Shown: piece after piece, positions 7,613 through 16,979 of the stretch
Numbering within the stretch: position 1 is the stretch's first letter
Layout: each line of letters starts with the position of its first letter
NCBI GenBank assembly: GCA_050261115.1
Contig: JBLNCY010000062.1
Span: 1-24,483 of the forward strand
Length of the DNA stretch: 24,483 nucleotides
Direction of reading: 5' to 3'
Source of the DNA: Methanocella sp.
GTDB lineage: Archaea; Thermoproteota; Bathyarchaeia; Bathyarchaeales; Bathycorpusculaceae
Made by a program: the position numbers and the translations under genes
Notes under the pieces: model-generated
Database searches by the model: none
Told to the model about the DNA's origin: nothing
What the model saw: only the letters and a program-made list of their open reading frames with translations

Positions 7613-8524
7613 TTACATGAAAGCTTTGTAGATTGGGTGTGTTTCGTCTAGCGGTCTTGTTCCGAGGTCAGCTGCGGCAGATGCAATGTATGTATCTGTG
7701 ATTGCTGCGGCTGGGAAGACCCACTCAGCTTGTTCAGCTGGACCAATCATGAGCCAGTTGGCGCCTGCCATCTGCATGATGGTGTTTGTTGCGCAAACTG
7801 TACCCTTGCGGTATTCTTTAGCGATGTTTGCTTTGACCCAACCCATGGTTGTGACAACGTTGCCGCTGCCTAATCCGACTGGGTAGCCATACTTCTCTTT
7901 CATGATGGGTATAGCTCTGACGGATGTGCCCATGTCTGGTTCAAATGCGGGAATTGCGGTGTCGATGAGTGGTTTGGTGATTCCGCCTTTCTCGGCTAAT
8001 GCTAAGGCCTCTTCGATAACTCTCATTTTGCCTTCAAGCGTTGTGTCTTTTGGATCGTCAGCTAGAACAATAGACATTTTGATGCCGCTTTCTTTCAGGT
8101 TTGCAAGTTCAGCGTCAGTAACGCCCTTGTAAACTGAGTTGTAGAGACATCTGTCTGTAAGGCCCATTTTCTTTGCCAAGTTTGCTGCTGCCATACGGGT
8201 TTTTGGACTCATTGCGTCAAGCATGAGCGGAGCATCTGTGTGTTTCGGGACGAAGTCAATGTATTTCTCGAATGCTGTTTCTGTGGTTGCGACGATGTCT
8301 AGTGCGAACTTGATGCCGGTGATATCACTTTGTGTTTGGCATCTGTTGATGATGTCTTCTGCAGCTTTTTGGTCAAAGATGCCTTTGTTAGCGTCTTGGA
8401 CCATTTTTTGGCCTAGCCAGAAGATGGAGCCGATTAGGAAAGTCGGGTTCTCGCCTGGTTGACCGCCGATCTTTGCAGTCCCAATCTCGAATATTTTTTG
8501 TTCTTTCTCGAACTTAAAGGACAT
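7613..8524 (-). CDS. mtrH: MtrH/MtgA-family pterin:corrinoid methyltransferase
   Basis: N-terminus FKFEKEQKIFEIG..KIGGQPGENPT.LIGSIF; YNS and PLIDTA; IMKEKYGYPVG.G..N; GP near the C-terminus. No other mtr subunits in the window. Confidence 0.85.
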   Translation of the reverse strand: MSFKFEKEQKIFEIGTAKIGGQPGENPTFLIGSIFWLGQKMVQDANKGIFDQKAAEDIINRCQTQSDITGIKFALDIVATTETAFEKYIDFVPKHTDAPLMLDAMSPKTRMAAANLAKKMGLTDRCLYNSVYKGVTDAELANLKESGIKMSIVLADDPKDTTLEGKMRVIEEALALAEKGGITKPLIDTAIPAFEPDMGTSVRAIPIMKEKYGYPVGLGSGNVVTTMGWVKANIAKEYRKGTVCATNTIMQMAGANWLMIGPAEQAEWVFPAAAITDTYIASAAADLGTRPLDETHPIYKAFM

Positions 8525-8546
8525 ATTATTTCCAGACCTGATGGAC

Positions 8547-8972
8547 TTATTTCTTCAGTGCTTTCTTTGCAAGCTCTGGAGCTTCTTCCTTGTTCTTGCC
8601 GAAGAGTGCGCCGAACGCGTCTGCATCTTCTTTCTTAACGGCTGCGCCGCCCATGATGATGCCGACTTTGTCTTTGAGTCCTGCTGCTTTTAGAAGCTCG
8701 TCTAGTTTTGCGAGGTTGTTCTTTGCTGGGACTGTGTTTACTGAGAGTGCGATGAGGTTTGCGTTGTTTTCTTTAACTTTGTCGACAAATACTTGTGGTG
8801 CAACGCTTTTTCCGACGTCGATGGTTTTGAAGCCTGCGCGTTTTAGGCTACGTCTGACTGCTTCTTTTGCTGTATCGTGCATGTCTGGTTCGATGTTACC
8901 GATAACGACGATGCCTAATGGATTCTCTGGTTCTGGTGGTTCTTTTTCCATCATAGATTTTAGCCACGACAT
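8547..8972 (-). CDS. small corrinoid (B12-binding) protein
   Basis: EPDMHDTAK (variant of DxHxxG), IDVG, ALS and MGGAAV. ATG 8972 is preceded by AGGTG; the ORF track start at 8981 falls within this SD. Confidence 0.85.
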   Translation of the reverse strand: MSWLKSMMEKEPPEPENPLGIVVIGNIEPDMHDTAKEAVRRSLKRAGFKTIDVGKSVAPQVFVDKVKENNANLIALSVNTVPAKNNLAKLDELLKAAGLKDKVGIIMGGAAVKKEDADAFGALFGKNKEEAPELAKKALKK

Positions 8973-9080
8973 ATTAAACACCTTTTTTCCTTTTTGATAC
9001 TCTGGGGGTTTTTATACTCGAAATCAATATTTAACCTTTTACCAATAAACCAATCGTATCCATATTAAGCGGGAAAGCAA

Positions 9081-11441
9081 ATGGTAAAAACAAACAAATC
9101 ATACGTCTTGTTGCTGACCATTGTAGCTTTCTCGTTCATTTCACGTTTAGCTCTCTTGCTTTTAGAAGGGTTTCCACCTGGCGCCGATATAGGCTTGCAC
9201 AATAGTGTAATACATTCGATAACTGGCAGGGGAAACGTCGATTTCCTCTATAATTTTTACCACATGGGCGGAGGGGTTTCCTTAACCTTTCCCGGCTACC
9301 ACATATTTACATCAAGCATTATCCTGTTTACAGGGTTGCCAGAGTACATAGCACACGCGGTAGTTGTGTCCTTTTTTTCTGCCCTTATTATAGTCGGCGC
9401 ATTTCTAATCACTAAAAGGGTATTTTCTTTGTCAGCAGCGTATGTTGTCGCTTTCTTGGCTGCGATTTCCAGGTTCGATTTCGAAATGCTCACCTGGGCG
9501 GGTTACCCCAACGTAATAACTCTGATGCTAATTCCCCTAACATACTATCTATACCTTGAAAAAGACCGTTTCTCCAAATTGCCCTTCTTTGTTTCCACAT
9601 CGATTTTGGCAGGCTCTATTTTTTTGACGCATTCGCTAAGTTCCGTTATGTTCATAGGCATGTTTGCACCCGTCATACTTTTTGTGCTTCTCTGGCCCAA
9701 GACTATGGGAACATCAAGACACAGTGTACACCACTGGATACTTCCAATAGTTTTTGGTGCCATCTTGGTTTCACCGTTTTTGGTTAATGCTGCGTTGGCG
9801 TATTGGAATGGTTATAACTCGGTGACATCGGCATCCCAGATTCTACCTTATTGGATAGTAATCCCATTGTTTGGCATAACTGCTGGGTTCTTTGCATTCT
9901 CGACTAAATATTACAAAAAGTTTCTGGCGTTTCCAACGTTTCTATTGGCCATGTGGGCTTTTGTGCCCTTAATTTGCACTCAGGGCTACTTGCTTGGGTT
10001 GTCAGTTGATTATAACCGCTTTCTATACTTCCTTATTCTACCCATTCTAGTATTCATTGGCGTACTCATTGAACATGGAGCAGAAACATTCGCGTTAGCC
10101 CTCAAGAAAAAACGTGGGCCAGTGGACCTTTGGAGATACAAGTTAAAGGTGCCCGGAAAGCTTGAGGGTCTTCAGAGAAAAATGGAAAATGCCTCAAAGA
10201 AACTATCCGATGCGGCTACACCCAAGAGGCTTTATTCCCTCTTTATCTTAGCTTGTCTTTTGTTCTCGTTTCTGGCATTACCAATCTTTATCTCACCACT
10301 ATCACTAAACTGCGGCGAGACGCTTCAGAGCTACTACCAAACCATGACACAACCCAAGTGGGAAGCGACACAGTGGCTTAAGCAAAACACCGAGGAAGGT
10401 TCGGTGCTAGTTGCAGATGCATGGTTTGGGTGGTGGCTTGGAGGCTTTACACAGCGCCCAACGCTAAGTGCAGTTAACCCTCAATATCTAACGGTTAGCC
10501 GCGAATTAGACAACGCCACTTTTGCCAGGTACCTTTTGGATACTAACTATGCTATTGGAAATGGGTACCTCCAAATCCGGGAAGACGGCGGATACATCAG
10601 TCGACATAATCCAGAGTTTCTTGTAAACATAACCAACGCGAACTACATGTACCCATTTTTTAACTACAACAACGACGACACACAAGTCACTTTACTCATG
10701 ACCCTACCGGATGGAACCCTTAGAACTGAATATTACAACATATCAAGCCTTTCTGTGCTGGATATGCATCGAGAAAGCACCCAAACAACCCAAACCATCA
10801 GCGTAACACATGGAAACGACCGCTTTAAGTTCACACAGACCACCACACTACCGAATGGTGCCGATTTTGCTAAAATCACCCAAAAAATAACTACCGATAA
10901 CCCAGCGGTGACTCTTGTCTCGATCGAGTTTGGATTACATACTAAAGGCGCTACCAATTCGATAACTGAGGAAGATTACGCATACATTGCATTTGTTGAT
11001 GAACCTATGAAGACTATCGGTCAGATGATATTTCCCGACCAGCAATCCCGCCCCACAAGCATAAACACCGATACCTCACCAGTGGAGCTTGTTTATGCTT
11101 TAGATGGAAAACGGTCTGTGGAGTTTAGTTACTTTATGGGGGTCTATCAAGTCTCAGATGAACAGTTAAGTGAGATTAAAAAGGAAGAACAAAGCTTCGA
11201 CGAAATTGTTAAGACGAAAAGTGAAAGCTACATGGACGCCCAACATAACGCCCAATTTTCGGTCTTTGATTACCGTGAAGAATTAATCAACCGCAAAGTC
11301 TCATACGTCGTCCTCGCCATCGATGAGAATGACATCCCCGAAAAGACAGAAATTGAGGTTAACGACAAATTCCTCTATGACCCCCTGTTTAGCCTTGTGT
11401 TTATTAACGAAGAAGTAGCAATTTACAAAGTAAATGGGTAA
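9081..11441 (+). CDS. GT-C-like (AglB/PMT-related) polytopic membrane glycosyltransferase, copy 1
   Basis: ADIGLH in the first external loop, YPN and LTH motifs, many TM helices, RFLYFL, then WLKQNT..VADAWFGWW and a large soluble domain. Confidence 0.65.
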   Translation: MVKTNKSYVLLLTIVAFSFISRLALLLLEGFPPGADIGLHNSVIHSITGRGNVDFLYNFYHMGGGVSLTFPGYHIFTSSIILFTGLPEYIAHAVVVSFFSALIIVGAFLITKRVFSLSAAYVVAFLAAISRFDFEMLTWAGYPNVITLMLIPLTYYLYLEKDRFSKLPFFVSTSILAGSIFLTHSLSSVMFIGMFAPVILFVLLWPKTMGTSRHSVHHWILPIVFGAILVSPFLVNAALAYWNGYNSVTSASQILPYWIVIPLFGITAGFFAFSTKYYKKFLAFPTFLLAMWAFVPLICTQGYLLGLSVDYNRFLYFLILPILVFIGVLIEHGAETFALALKKKRGPVDLWRYKLKVPGKLEGLQRKMENASKKLSDAATPKRLYSLFILACLLFSFLALPIFISPLSLNCGETLQSYYQTMTQPKWEATQWLKQNTEEGSVLVADAWFGWWLGGFTQRPTLSAVNPQYLTVSRELDNATFARYLLDTNYAIGNGYLQIREDGGYISRHNPEFLVNITNANYMYPFFNYNNDDTQVTLLMTLPDGTLRTEYYNISSLSVLDMHRESTQTTQTISVTHGNDRFKFTQTTTLPNGADFAKITQKITTDNPAVTLVSIEFGLHTKGATNSITEEDYAYIAFVDEPMKTIGQMIFPDQQSRPTSINTDTSPVELVYALDGKRSVEFSYFMGVYQVSDEQLSEIKKEEQSFDEIVKTKSESYMDAQHNAQFSVFDYREELINRKVSYVVLAIDENDIPEKTEIEVNDKFLYDPLFSLVFINEEVAIYKVNG

Positions 11442-11453
11442 CCTCAATCAAGG

Positions 11454-13760
11454 GTGAACCGTATAGTCGCCTTGATAAAACAAACAGTACTGGATAAACG
11501 ATTTGAATATGCATTCGTTGCCGTTTTCTCAGTAGTTATCCTTGCTGGTTTCTATCTGCTTGTTTCCACAAACGGCGTGGTATTGGGCAATGACCCCGCG
11601 GTGCACCTTGAAAAAGCCATGATTTTTCTCAACACCGGCGAAATTTCCCTGGCTAACTTGGGTTGGACTCCTCCACTCTACCAAATCGTTCTAGCAATGA
11701 TTATCTCACTAACAGGCATCACTGATATCACCCAATACATAGTATTGCTACGTGCATTAACAGCGGTTCTAGACTGGCTGTTTTTTATGTCCGCTTACCT
11801 GCTTGCACGAAAATTCTTTGGCCGCAAAGTGGCATTTGCAGCAGTTATTTTGCTGCTGATGTGTTTCCCTATCTATGAAGCTAACCAGTTTGGCGGCTAC
11901 ACGACTGTCTTGGCGTTTGCTTTCATGCTTTTGGTATTTCTCTATACACCTTTGGCGGTTGAGCATCTGGGGTACTTGGTTGTGACGTTTTTTGCAGCGT
12001 TTGGGCTGGTGCTGGGTCATCAGGTTGCTACGTTTTTAGCTGCGTTTATACTTCCACCGATTCTGCTGTATATGCTAATCAAATCCAAAGGGAAAAACCT
12101 CAAAGTCATCATTGCTTTAATTTGCGGTGGCGGCATCGCTTTTTTCCTCTACTATTTCCAGGCCATGTATCCCTATTTGGATCTTGTAATAGAGTACCTA
12201 TTCTTCGCCATCAAAACCTACGCTTATCAGATTCCTGCAGTTAGCTTCAAGGCGTTTATGACTAATTATGGATTCATTTTCTTTGCAGGTTTAGCAGGCA
12301 TCGCAATCTCGTTCCATCTGCTTCGAAAACAAAAGAAACCGCTGTTTTGGCTCATACTCGCATTAGCTTTGTTTGTTCCCCTATTCTTTGCCCAATCATA
12401 TTTAATTGGCTTCTATATGCCGTTTGCCTGGTTCATCTACTACATCACCACGCCCTTAGCGATTTTTGCAGCAGTTACAGTTGTGTTTGCTTTGGATAGG
12501 GCGGTGGCGTTTTATGGTCGGCATCGGCTGGCGTTTCGGAAGAATTGGGTTAGGGTGTTAACCGTACTCTTGGTGGTAGGGCTTTCAGTTATGGTGGTTG
12601 AGCGCTTTGATACAGTGTATGGGCGGATCACGGAGGCGGGGGTTTACTATTCGACTACGGATTTGAAAGCTATGGATGCGGGGCTATGGCTAAAAGAGCA
12701 CTATCCAGAGGAGACGGTGGTAGTTGCTACGGAGGTGCCGGGCTTTTGGTTCCAAGAGTTTTCGACTAAGAACGTGACGGCTCAGACGGATCACACTGTT
12801 CAGCGTATGGAGATCGCGGAGGCGGTTTTGACGCTGTCCTATGAACTGGAGCATAGCCAGACCCTGCTTAAGGCTTATCAGGCTAAAGGCGACACACTAA
12901 ACGAGTTCTATGTCTCGATGGATGAGGTTTGGACTCGAGTAACCTATAGTTCAGGGAGCGGAGACTTCCTGTATTACACTCTAAACGGCGTCGATCACAA
13001 GGTGCCGGTAGGACAGCTAAGTAAAAAAATCATATTCAACGACACCGCAGAACCCAAGAGCTTAACTTTCCTGTTCTTCAATGACGACATCACCCTAACC
13101 AAAACAATATCTGCTGGAGTGAACTGCTACCAGTACAGCATCAACTGGACCCTAACCCCCCAAAACAGTAACGTCCAAAACGCCAGCCTATACCTAACCA
13201 CACTCTTTGATTTACAATACAAGTTCGAAATAGCCTACATCAACGGATTACTTAACTGGGTAAACCCCTATGAGGCCCCCCCAGCCATTGTACAGCAGGA
13301 AGACTCATGGGCAGTCGCAACCTTTACCGGCGCTGACCTAAAAGACAATTACCTCGGCATTTACGACGAAATGAGCCAGATCGGCTACGGCTTCTATTTC
13401 ACCGACATACCAGAGTGGGGAAATGTGGGTTCAGGAACTAGCCGCCAAATCGATGCAGTACGGTTCCAATACAACTTCGGCGACATAGCCGTGGGTAAAA
13501 CGGTATCAGCATCCTATGAGACGCTGACGTTGTCTAAGAGCAGCTATGCCGCACTTAACCGTGACGCTATACAGGACCTTTTTGATAACCATGCACCGGT
13601 GACTGTTAAGAGCCGCTACTTTGGCGAGTACCTTAAAAACGACGACGTAGGTTTTATTGTGTATGACCGTAACCAGCTTGACCCCCAGATAATTAATAGT
13701 AAAATACTGCAGTTAGTCTACTCTAACGATCGGTATGTTATTTTCAAAATTGTAACTTAG
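11454..13760 (+). CDS. GT-C-like polytopic membrane glycosyltransferase, copy 2
   Basis: GNDPAVH, WTPPLYQ, many TM helices, WLKEHYP..VATEVPGFWF and C-terminal LVYSNDRYVIFK. Same architecture as 9081..11441, 12 nt downstream. Confidence 0.65.
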   Translation: MNRIVALIKQTVLDKRFEYAFVAVFSVVILAGFYLLVSTNGVVLGNDPAVHLEKAMIFLNTGEISLANLGWTPPLYQIVLAMIISLTGITDITQYIVLLRALTAVLDWLFFMSAYLLARKFFGRKVAFAAVILLLMCFPIYEANQFGGYTTVLAFAFMLLVFLYTPLAVEHLGYLVVTFFAAFGLVLGHQVATFLAAFILPPILLYMLIKSKGKNLKVIIALICGGGIAFFLYYFQAMYPYLDLVIEYLFFAIKTYAYQIPAVSFKAFMTNYGFIFFAGLAGIAISFHLLRKQKKPLFWLILALALFVPLFFAQSYLIGFYMPFAWFIYYITTPLAIFAAVTVVFALDRAVAFYGRHRLAFRKNWVRVLTVLLVVGLSVMVVERFDTVYGRITEAGVYYSTTDLKAMDAGLWLKEHYPEETVVVATEVPGFWFQEFSTKNVTAQTDHTVQRMEIAEAVLTLSYELEHSQTLLKAYQAKGDTLNEFYVSMDEVWTRVTYSSGSGDFLYYTLNGVDHKVPVGQLSKKIIFNDTAEPKSLTFLFFNDDITLTKTISAGVNCYQYSINWTLTPQNSNVQNASLYLTTLFDLQYKFEIAYINGLLNWVNPYEAPPAIVQQEDSWAVATFTGADLKDNYLGIYDEMSQIGYGFYFTDIPEWGNVGSGTSRQIDAVRFQYNFGDIAVGKTVSASYETLTLSKSSYAALNRDAIQDLFDNHAPVTVKSRYFGEYLKNDDVGFIVYDRNQLDPQIINSKILQLVYSNDRYVIFKIVT

Positions 13761-13842
13761 CCGACAAGCTTGCTGCCAGGGGTGTTGCTTATTTCGTAAA
13801 CCTCTTATTCCTCCTATTTGCCTATCATATGCGTGGTGCCTT

Positions 13843-14871
13843 TTGGGCGTAAATTTCAAAGATCTACTGCCAAAAACTCCAGTTAAACTCGAAGACTTAG
13901 GCGGCAAAGTCATAGCCATCGACGGCTACAACACAATCTACCAGTTCCTCACAATAATCCGACAGCCAGACGGCACCCCCCTAAAGAACAGCAAGGACCA
14001 AATCACAAGCCACCTCTCGGGCCTCTTCTACCGCACCATAAACCTAGTCGAGCTAGGCATAAGACCCGTCTTTATATTTGACGGCAAATCCCCCGAGCTT
14101 AAAGCCAAAGAAGTTGAGCGCCGAAGACAGGTCAAGCTTGAAGCAACGGTGCAGTATGCTAAAGCCCACGCAGTCGGCGACCTAGAAGGTATGCGCAAAT
14201 ATGCACAGATCGCCACAACCTTGCGGTCATATATGATTCCTGAGAGTAAGCAGTTGCTGGATTTGATGGGACTGCCATGGATTCAGGCGCCCAGCGAAGG
14301 TGAAGCGCAGGCGGCTTACATGAACAAGAAGGGCACGGCAGATTATTGTGCAAGCCAAGACTACGACAGCCTCCTGTTCGGCGCGCCCAGGCTGCTACGT
14401 AACGTCACCATTTCGGGTAGACGCAGGAGGGGAAAAGCCTTCATTGAGGTTGTACCTGAAGTCATCGAACTCAAAAAGGCGTTGACCGATTGCGGCTTGA
14501 CCTATGAACAACTAATCGATGTAGGTATACTCATCGGCACCGACTTTAACCCTGACGGCATCGAAGGCATCGGCCCCAAAACAGCACTAAAACTAATCCG
14601 CCAACACGAAACCATAGAAAAAGCGCTACCCTCCATCAAGAACGCCTCGTTCCCCTGTGAACCGCATCTTATACGGGAAGAATTTCTGCATCCCAAAGTC
14701 ACCGACGACTACAAACTCGAATGGAAAGAACCCGACGAGAAAAAAATAATCGACTTCATGTGCAACGAAAAGGAATTCGGGGAAGAACGCGTGAAGAAAG
14801 CACTGGAGCGGATGATTACAGGCTCTAAGAAACAGAAGGCAAAGGTCTCGCTAGAAAAATGGTTCGGTTAA
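13843..14871 (+). CDS. fen: flap endonuclease 1
   Basis: MGV start, AIDGYN.IYQFL.IIRQPDG.PL, TSHLSGLFYR, QAPSEGEAQAA, SQDYDSLLFG, LIGTDFNP.GI.GIGPKTAL, C-terminal LEKWF. Confidence 0.97.
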   Translation: MGVNFKDLLPKTPVKLEDLGGKVIAIDGYNTIYQFLTIIRQPDGTPLKNSKDQITSHLSGLFYRTINLVELGIRPVFIFDGKSPELKAKEVERRRQVKLEATVQYAKAHAVGDLEGMRKYAQIATTLRSYMIPESKQLLDLMGLPWIQAPSEGEAQAAYMNKKGTADYCASQDYDSLLFGAPRLLRNVTISGRRRRGKAFIEVVPEVIELKKALTDCGLTYEQLIDVGILIGTDFNPDGIEGIGPKTALKLIRQHETIEKALPSIKNASFPCEPHLIREEFLHPKVTDDYKLEWKEPDEKKIIDFMCNEKEFGEERVKKALERMITGSKKQKAKVSLEKWFG

Positions 14872-14957
14872 GTCAGCAAAAATTTTTCTTCCAGTTTCTC
14901 AAGTAGATGTTGCTAGAAAGGGATAAAAGGAAAATGCGCCGCCTAAATGGCAGGCAA

Positions 14958-16787
14958 TTATTTTACGGTAACCGATTTTGCTAGGTTGCGAGGCATGTCT
15001 GGGTTGTAGCCCTTCTCGAGTGCAGTGTAGTAAGCAAGCAGCTGTAGCGGAACCGCGAAGGGGATTGGGCTTAGGACGCTGGGTATTCCTTTGGGGACTT
15101 CTATGTAGTCGTCAGCTAAGGTTTTGATGTCTTGGTCGCCTTCCTCTATGACAGCGATGATGTGAGCGCCCCTAGCTTTCATCTCCATGATGTTACCAAT
15201 CACGGTCTTGTGGGTATCGTCTTTAGGACATACAAACACCACTGGGAAACCATTTTCGACCAGACTGATTGGGCCATGTTTGGATTCCCCTGCGGGAAAA
15301 GCGATGCTGGGGATGTATGCGATCTCCATCAATTTGAGGCGGCCTTCGAAGGCTGTGGCGGTGCTGATTCCTCTACCGAGGAAGAAGAACACTTTTGAGT
15401 TGGCGTATTTCTTTGCGATTTGCTTGGCTTTTTCTTCCTGAGACTTAACAATGGTGTCGACCATATCTGGGAGTTGTTCGAGTTTTTCCTCCAGATTGTC
15501 GATTTCATCCTGAGAGACCTTTCCGCGTTTTTTGGCAAGTTTCAGAGCAAGTTGAGCGAGTACTGAGAGTTGTGAAGTGAAGGTTTTTGTGGCGGCAACA
15601 CCGATTTCGGGTCCTGCCTGAGTGCCGATGTAGACGCGGCTAATGCGGGTCATAGTGGAACCGATAACGTTGGTTAAGCTGAGGATGGTTGCGGCTCTTT
15701 GTTGGGCGCAGGTTACGGCAGATATGGTGTCTGCGGTTTCACCTGACTGGCTAACGGCGAGGATAGTGCTGTCGATGTTGACGGATTTACCATGCTGCTC
15801 AAGGAATTCTGAGGCGTACACGGGGTAAGTCGGCAGAAACGCTAACTTGGAGAACATGTAGGAGGCAGCTAAGCAGGCATGGTAGCTCGTACCGCAGGCT
15901 ACAAGAAACACTTCGTTGGCCCGGTCAAGGAAGGTTGAGAGCAAATCCAAATAGTGGTCCTGTATGCGTAGGGTATTGCGGAGAACTTCGGGTTGCTCAT
16001 GGATCTCTTTGATCATGAAGTGGGGGTAGCCCTGTTTGACAGCCATCTCAGCGGTCCACTCCACAGTGATGGGATCCCGTGTGACCGCGCTACCGTCGCT
16101 AATCTTTTTAATTTCATACCCCTTGTTGGTTAAGACTACAAGTTCACCATCATTTATCAAAACTGCCTTGTTAGTGACTTCCAAGAAGGCGGGAATGTCA
16201 GACGCACAAAAAACGCCTTTATGGTTAATGCCCAACACAAGGGGGCTTTCGTTTCTTGCACAGATAATCTTGTCGGGTTCACGTGTAGACATTATGGCAA
16301 ACGCGTAGGAACCTTGAATGCGTCTGAGCGCTTCTTGGATGGCTTGCTGGAAGGAAAGTTGAGGGTTCTGTTTGAGGGTTTCCTCGATGAGGTGCGGCAT
16401 GACTTCAGTGTCAGTTTTAGAGACGAAACGGTGGCCAAGGTTCTCGAGTTCGGATTTACGTTCAAGAAAGTTCTCTATGATGCCGTTGTGTACGACAACG
16501 ATTTCTCCTGTGCAGTCGGTGTGTGGGTGGCTGTTGACTTTTAGGGGTGCGCCGTGGGTTGCCCAGCGGGTGTGTCCAACGCCAATTGGTCCCAGCATAT
16601 CATCTAGGTTTAGGATTTTGTGAACGTCGTCGATTTTACCTTGGTCTTTTTTGATTTGGATTTTACCGTCATTTAGGGTGGCTATACCAACGGAGTCGTA
16701 TCCTCGGTACTCGAGACGTTTGAGAGAAGAATGGATGAGAGGCGCAGCGTTGCCTTCTTTTAAAACACAACCAAATATTCCACACAT
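14958..16787 (-). CDS. glmS: glutamine--fructose-6-phosphate transaminase (isomerizing)
   Basis: MCGIFG, LEYRGYDS, GHTRWATHG, HNGIIEN, SQSGETADT, VAATKTF, KHGP, PRNLAKSVTV. Confidence 0.98.
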   Translation of the reverse strand: MCGIFGCVLKEGNAAPLIHSSLKRLEYRGYDSVGIATLNDGKIQIKKDQGKIDDVHKILNLDDMLGPIGVGHTRWATHGAPLKVNSHPHTDCTGEIVVVHNGIIENFLERKSELENLGHRFVSKTDTEVMPHLIEETLKQNPQLSFQQAIQEALRRIQGSYAFAIMSTREPDKIICARNESPLVLGINHKGVFCASDIPAFLEVTNKAVLINDGELVVLTNKGYEIKKISDGSAVTRDPITVEWTAEMAVKQGYPHFMIKEIHEQPEVLRNTLRIQDHYLDLLSTFLDRANEVFLVACGTSYHACLAASYMFSKLAFLPTYPVYASEFLEQHGKSVNIDSTILAVSQSGETADTISAVTCAQQRAATILSLTNVIGSTMTRISRVYIGTQAGPEIGVAATKTFTSQLSVLAQLALKLAKKRGKVSQDEIDNLEEKLEQLPDMVDTIVKSQEEKAKQIAKKYANSKVFFFLGRGISTATAFEGRLKLMEIAYIPSIAFPAGESKHGPISLVENGFPVVFVCPKDDTHKTVIGNIMEMKARGAHIIAVIEEGDQDIKTLADDYIEVPKGIPSVLSPIPFAVPLQLLAYYTALEKGYNPDMPRNLAKSVTVK

Positions 16788-16847
16788 GATACATTGATCC
16801 TGCTTGTTTTAAGATGGGAAGGCGGTTTTTTGGTTATATAGTTTGTT

Positions 16848-16960
16848 AAAAGTCAGGTTTGACCACTATGACTTTTTTTATAATGGTCTCTTGTTAATCT
16901 TGGCTTTGTTTGGGTCTTTTTGTTGAAAAAAATTTAACCATTATAAAAAAATTTTTTATA
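16848..16960. promoter_or_regulatory. divergent promoter region with nested inverted repeats
   Basis: 15-bp perfect IR TTTTTTTATAATGGT (16873-16887) / ACCATTATAAAAAAA (16937-16951); AAAAGTCA-N13-TGACTTTT (16848-16876); GACCACTAT-N10-ATAATGGTC (16861-16888, one mismatch); TATAAAAAA-A-TTTTTTATA (16942-16960). Confidence 0.65.
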
Positions 16961-16979
16961 CTATACGGCACATTAGTGC

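Noticed and set aside
7613-8524. mtrH as evidence of methanogenesis
   Set aside because: No mtrA-G or mcr genes in the window, and stand-alone MtrH homologs occur widely in non-methanogens.
16788-16979. glmS ribozyme
   Set aside because: The spacer is AT-rich and lacks the conserved ribozyme core and paired regions.
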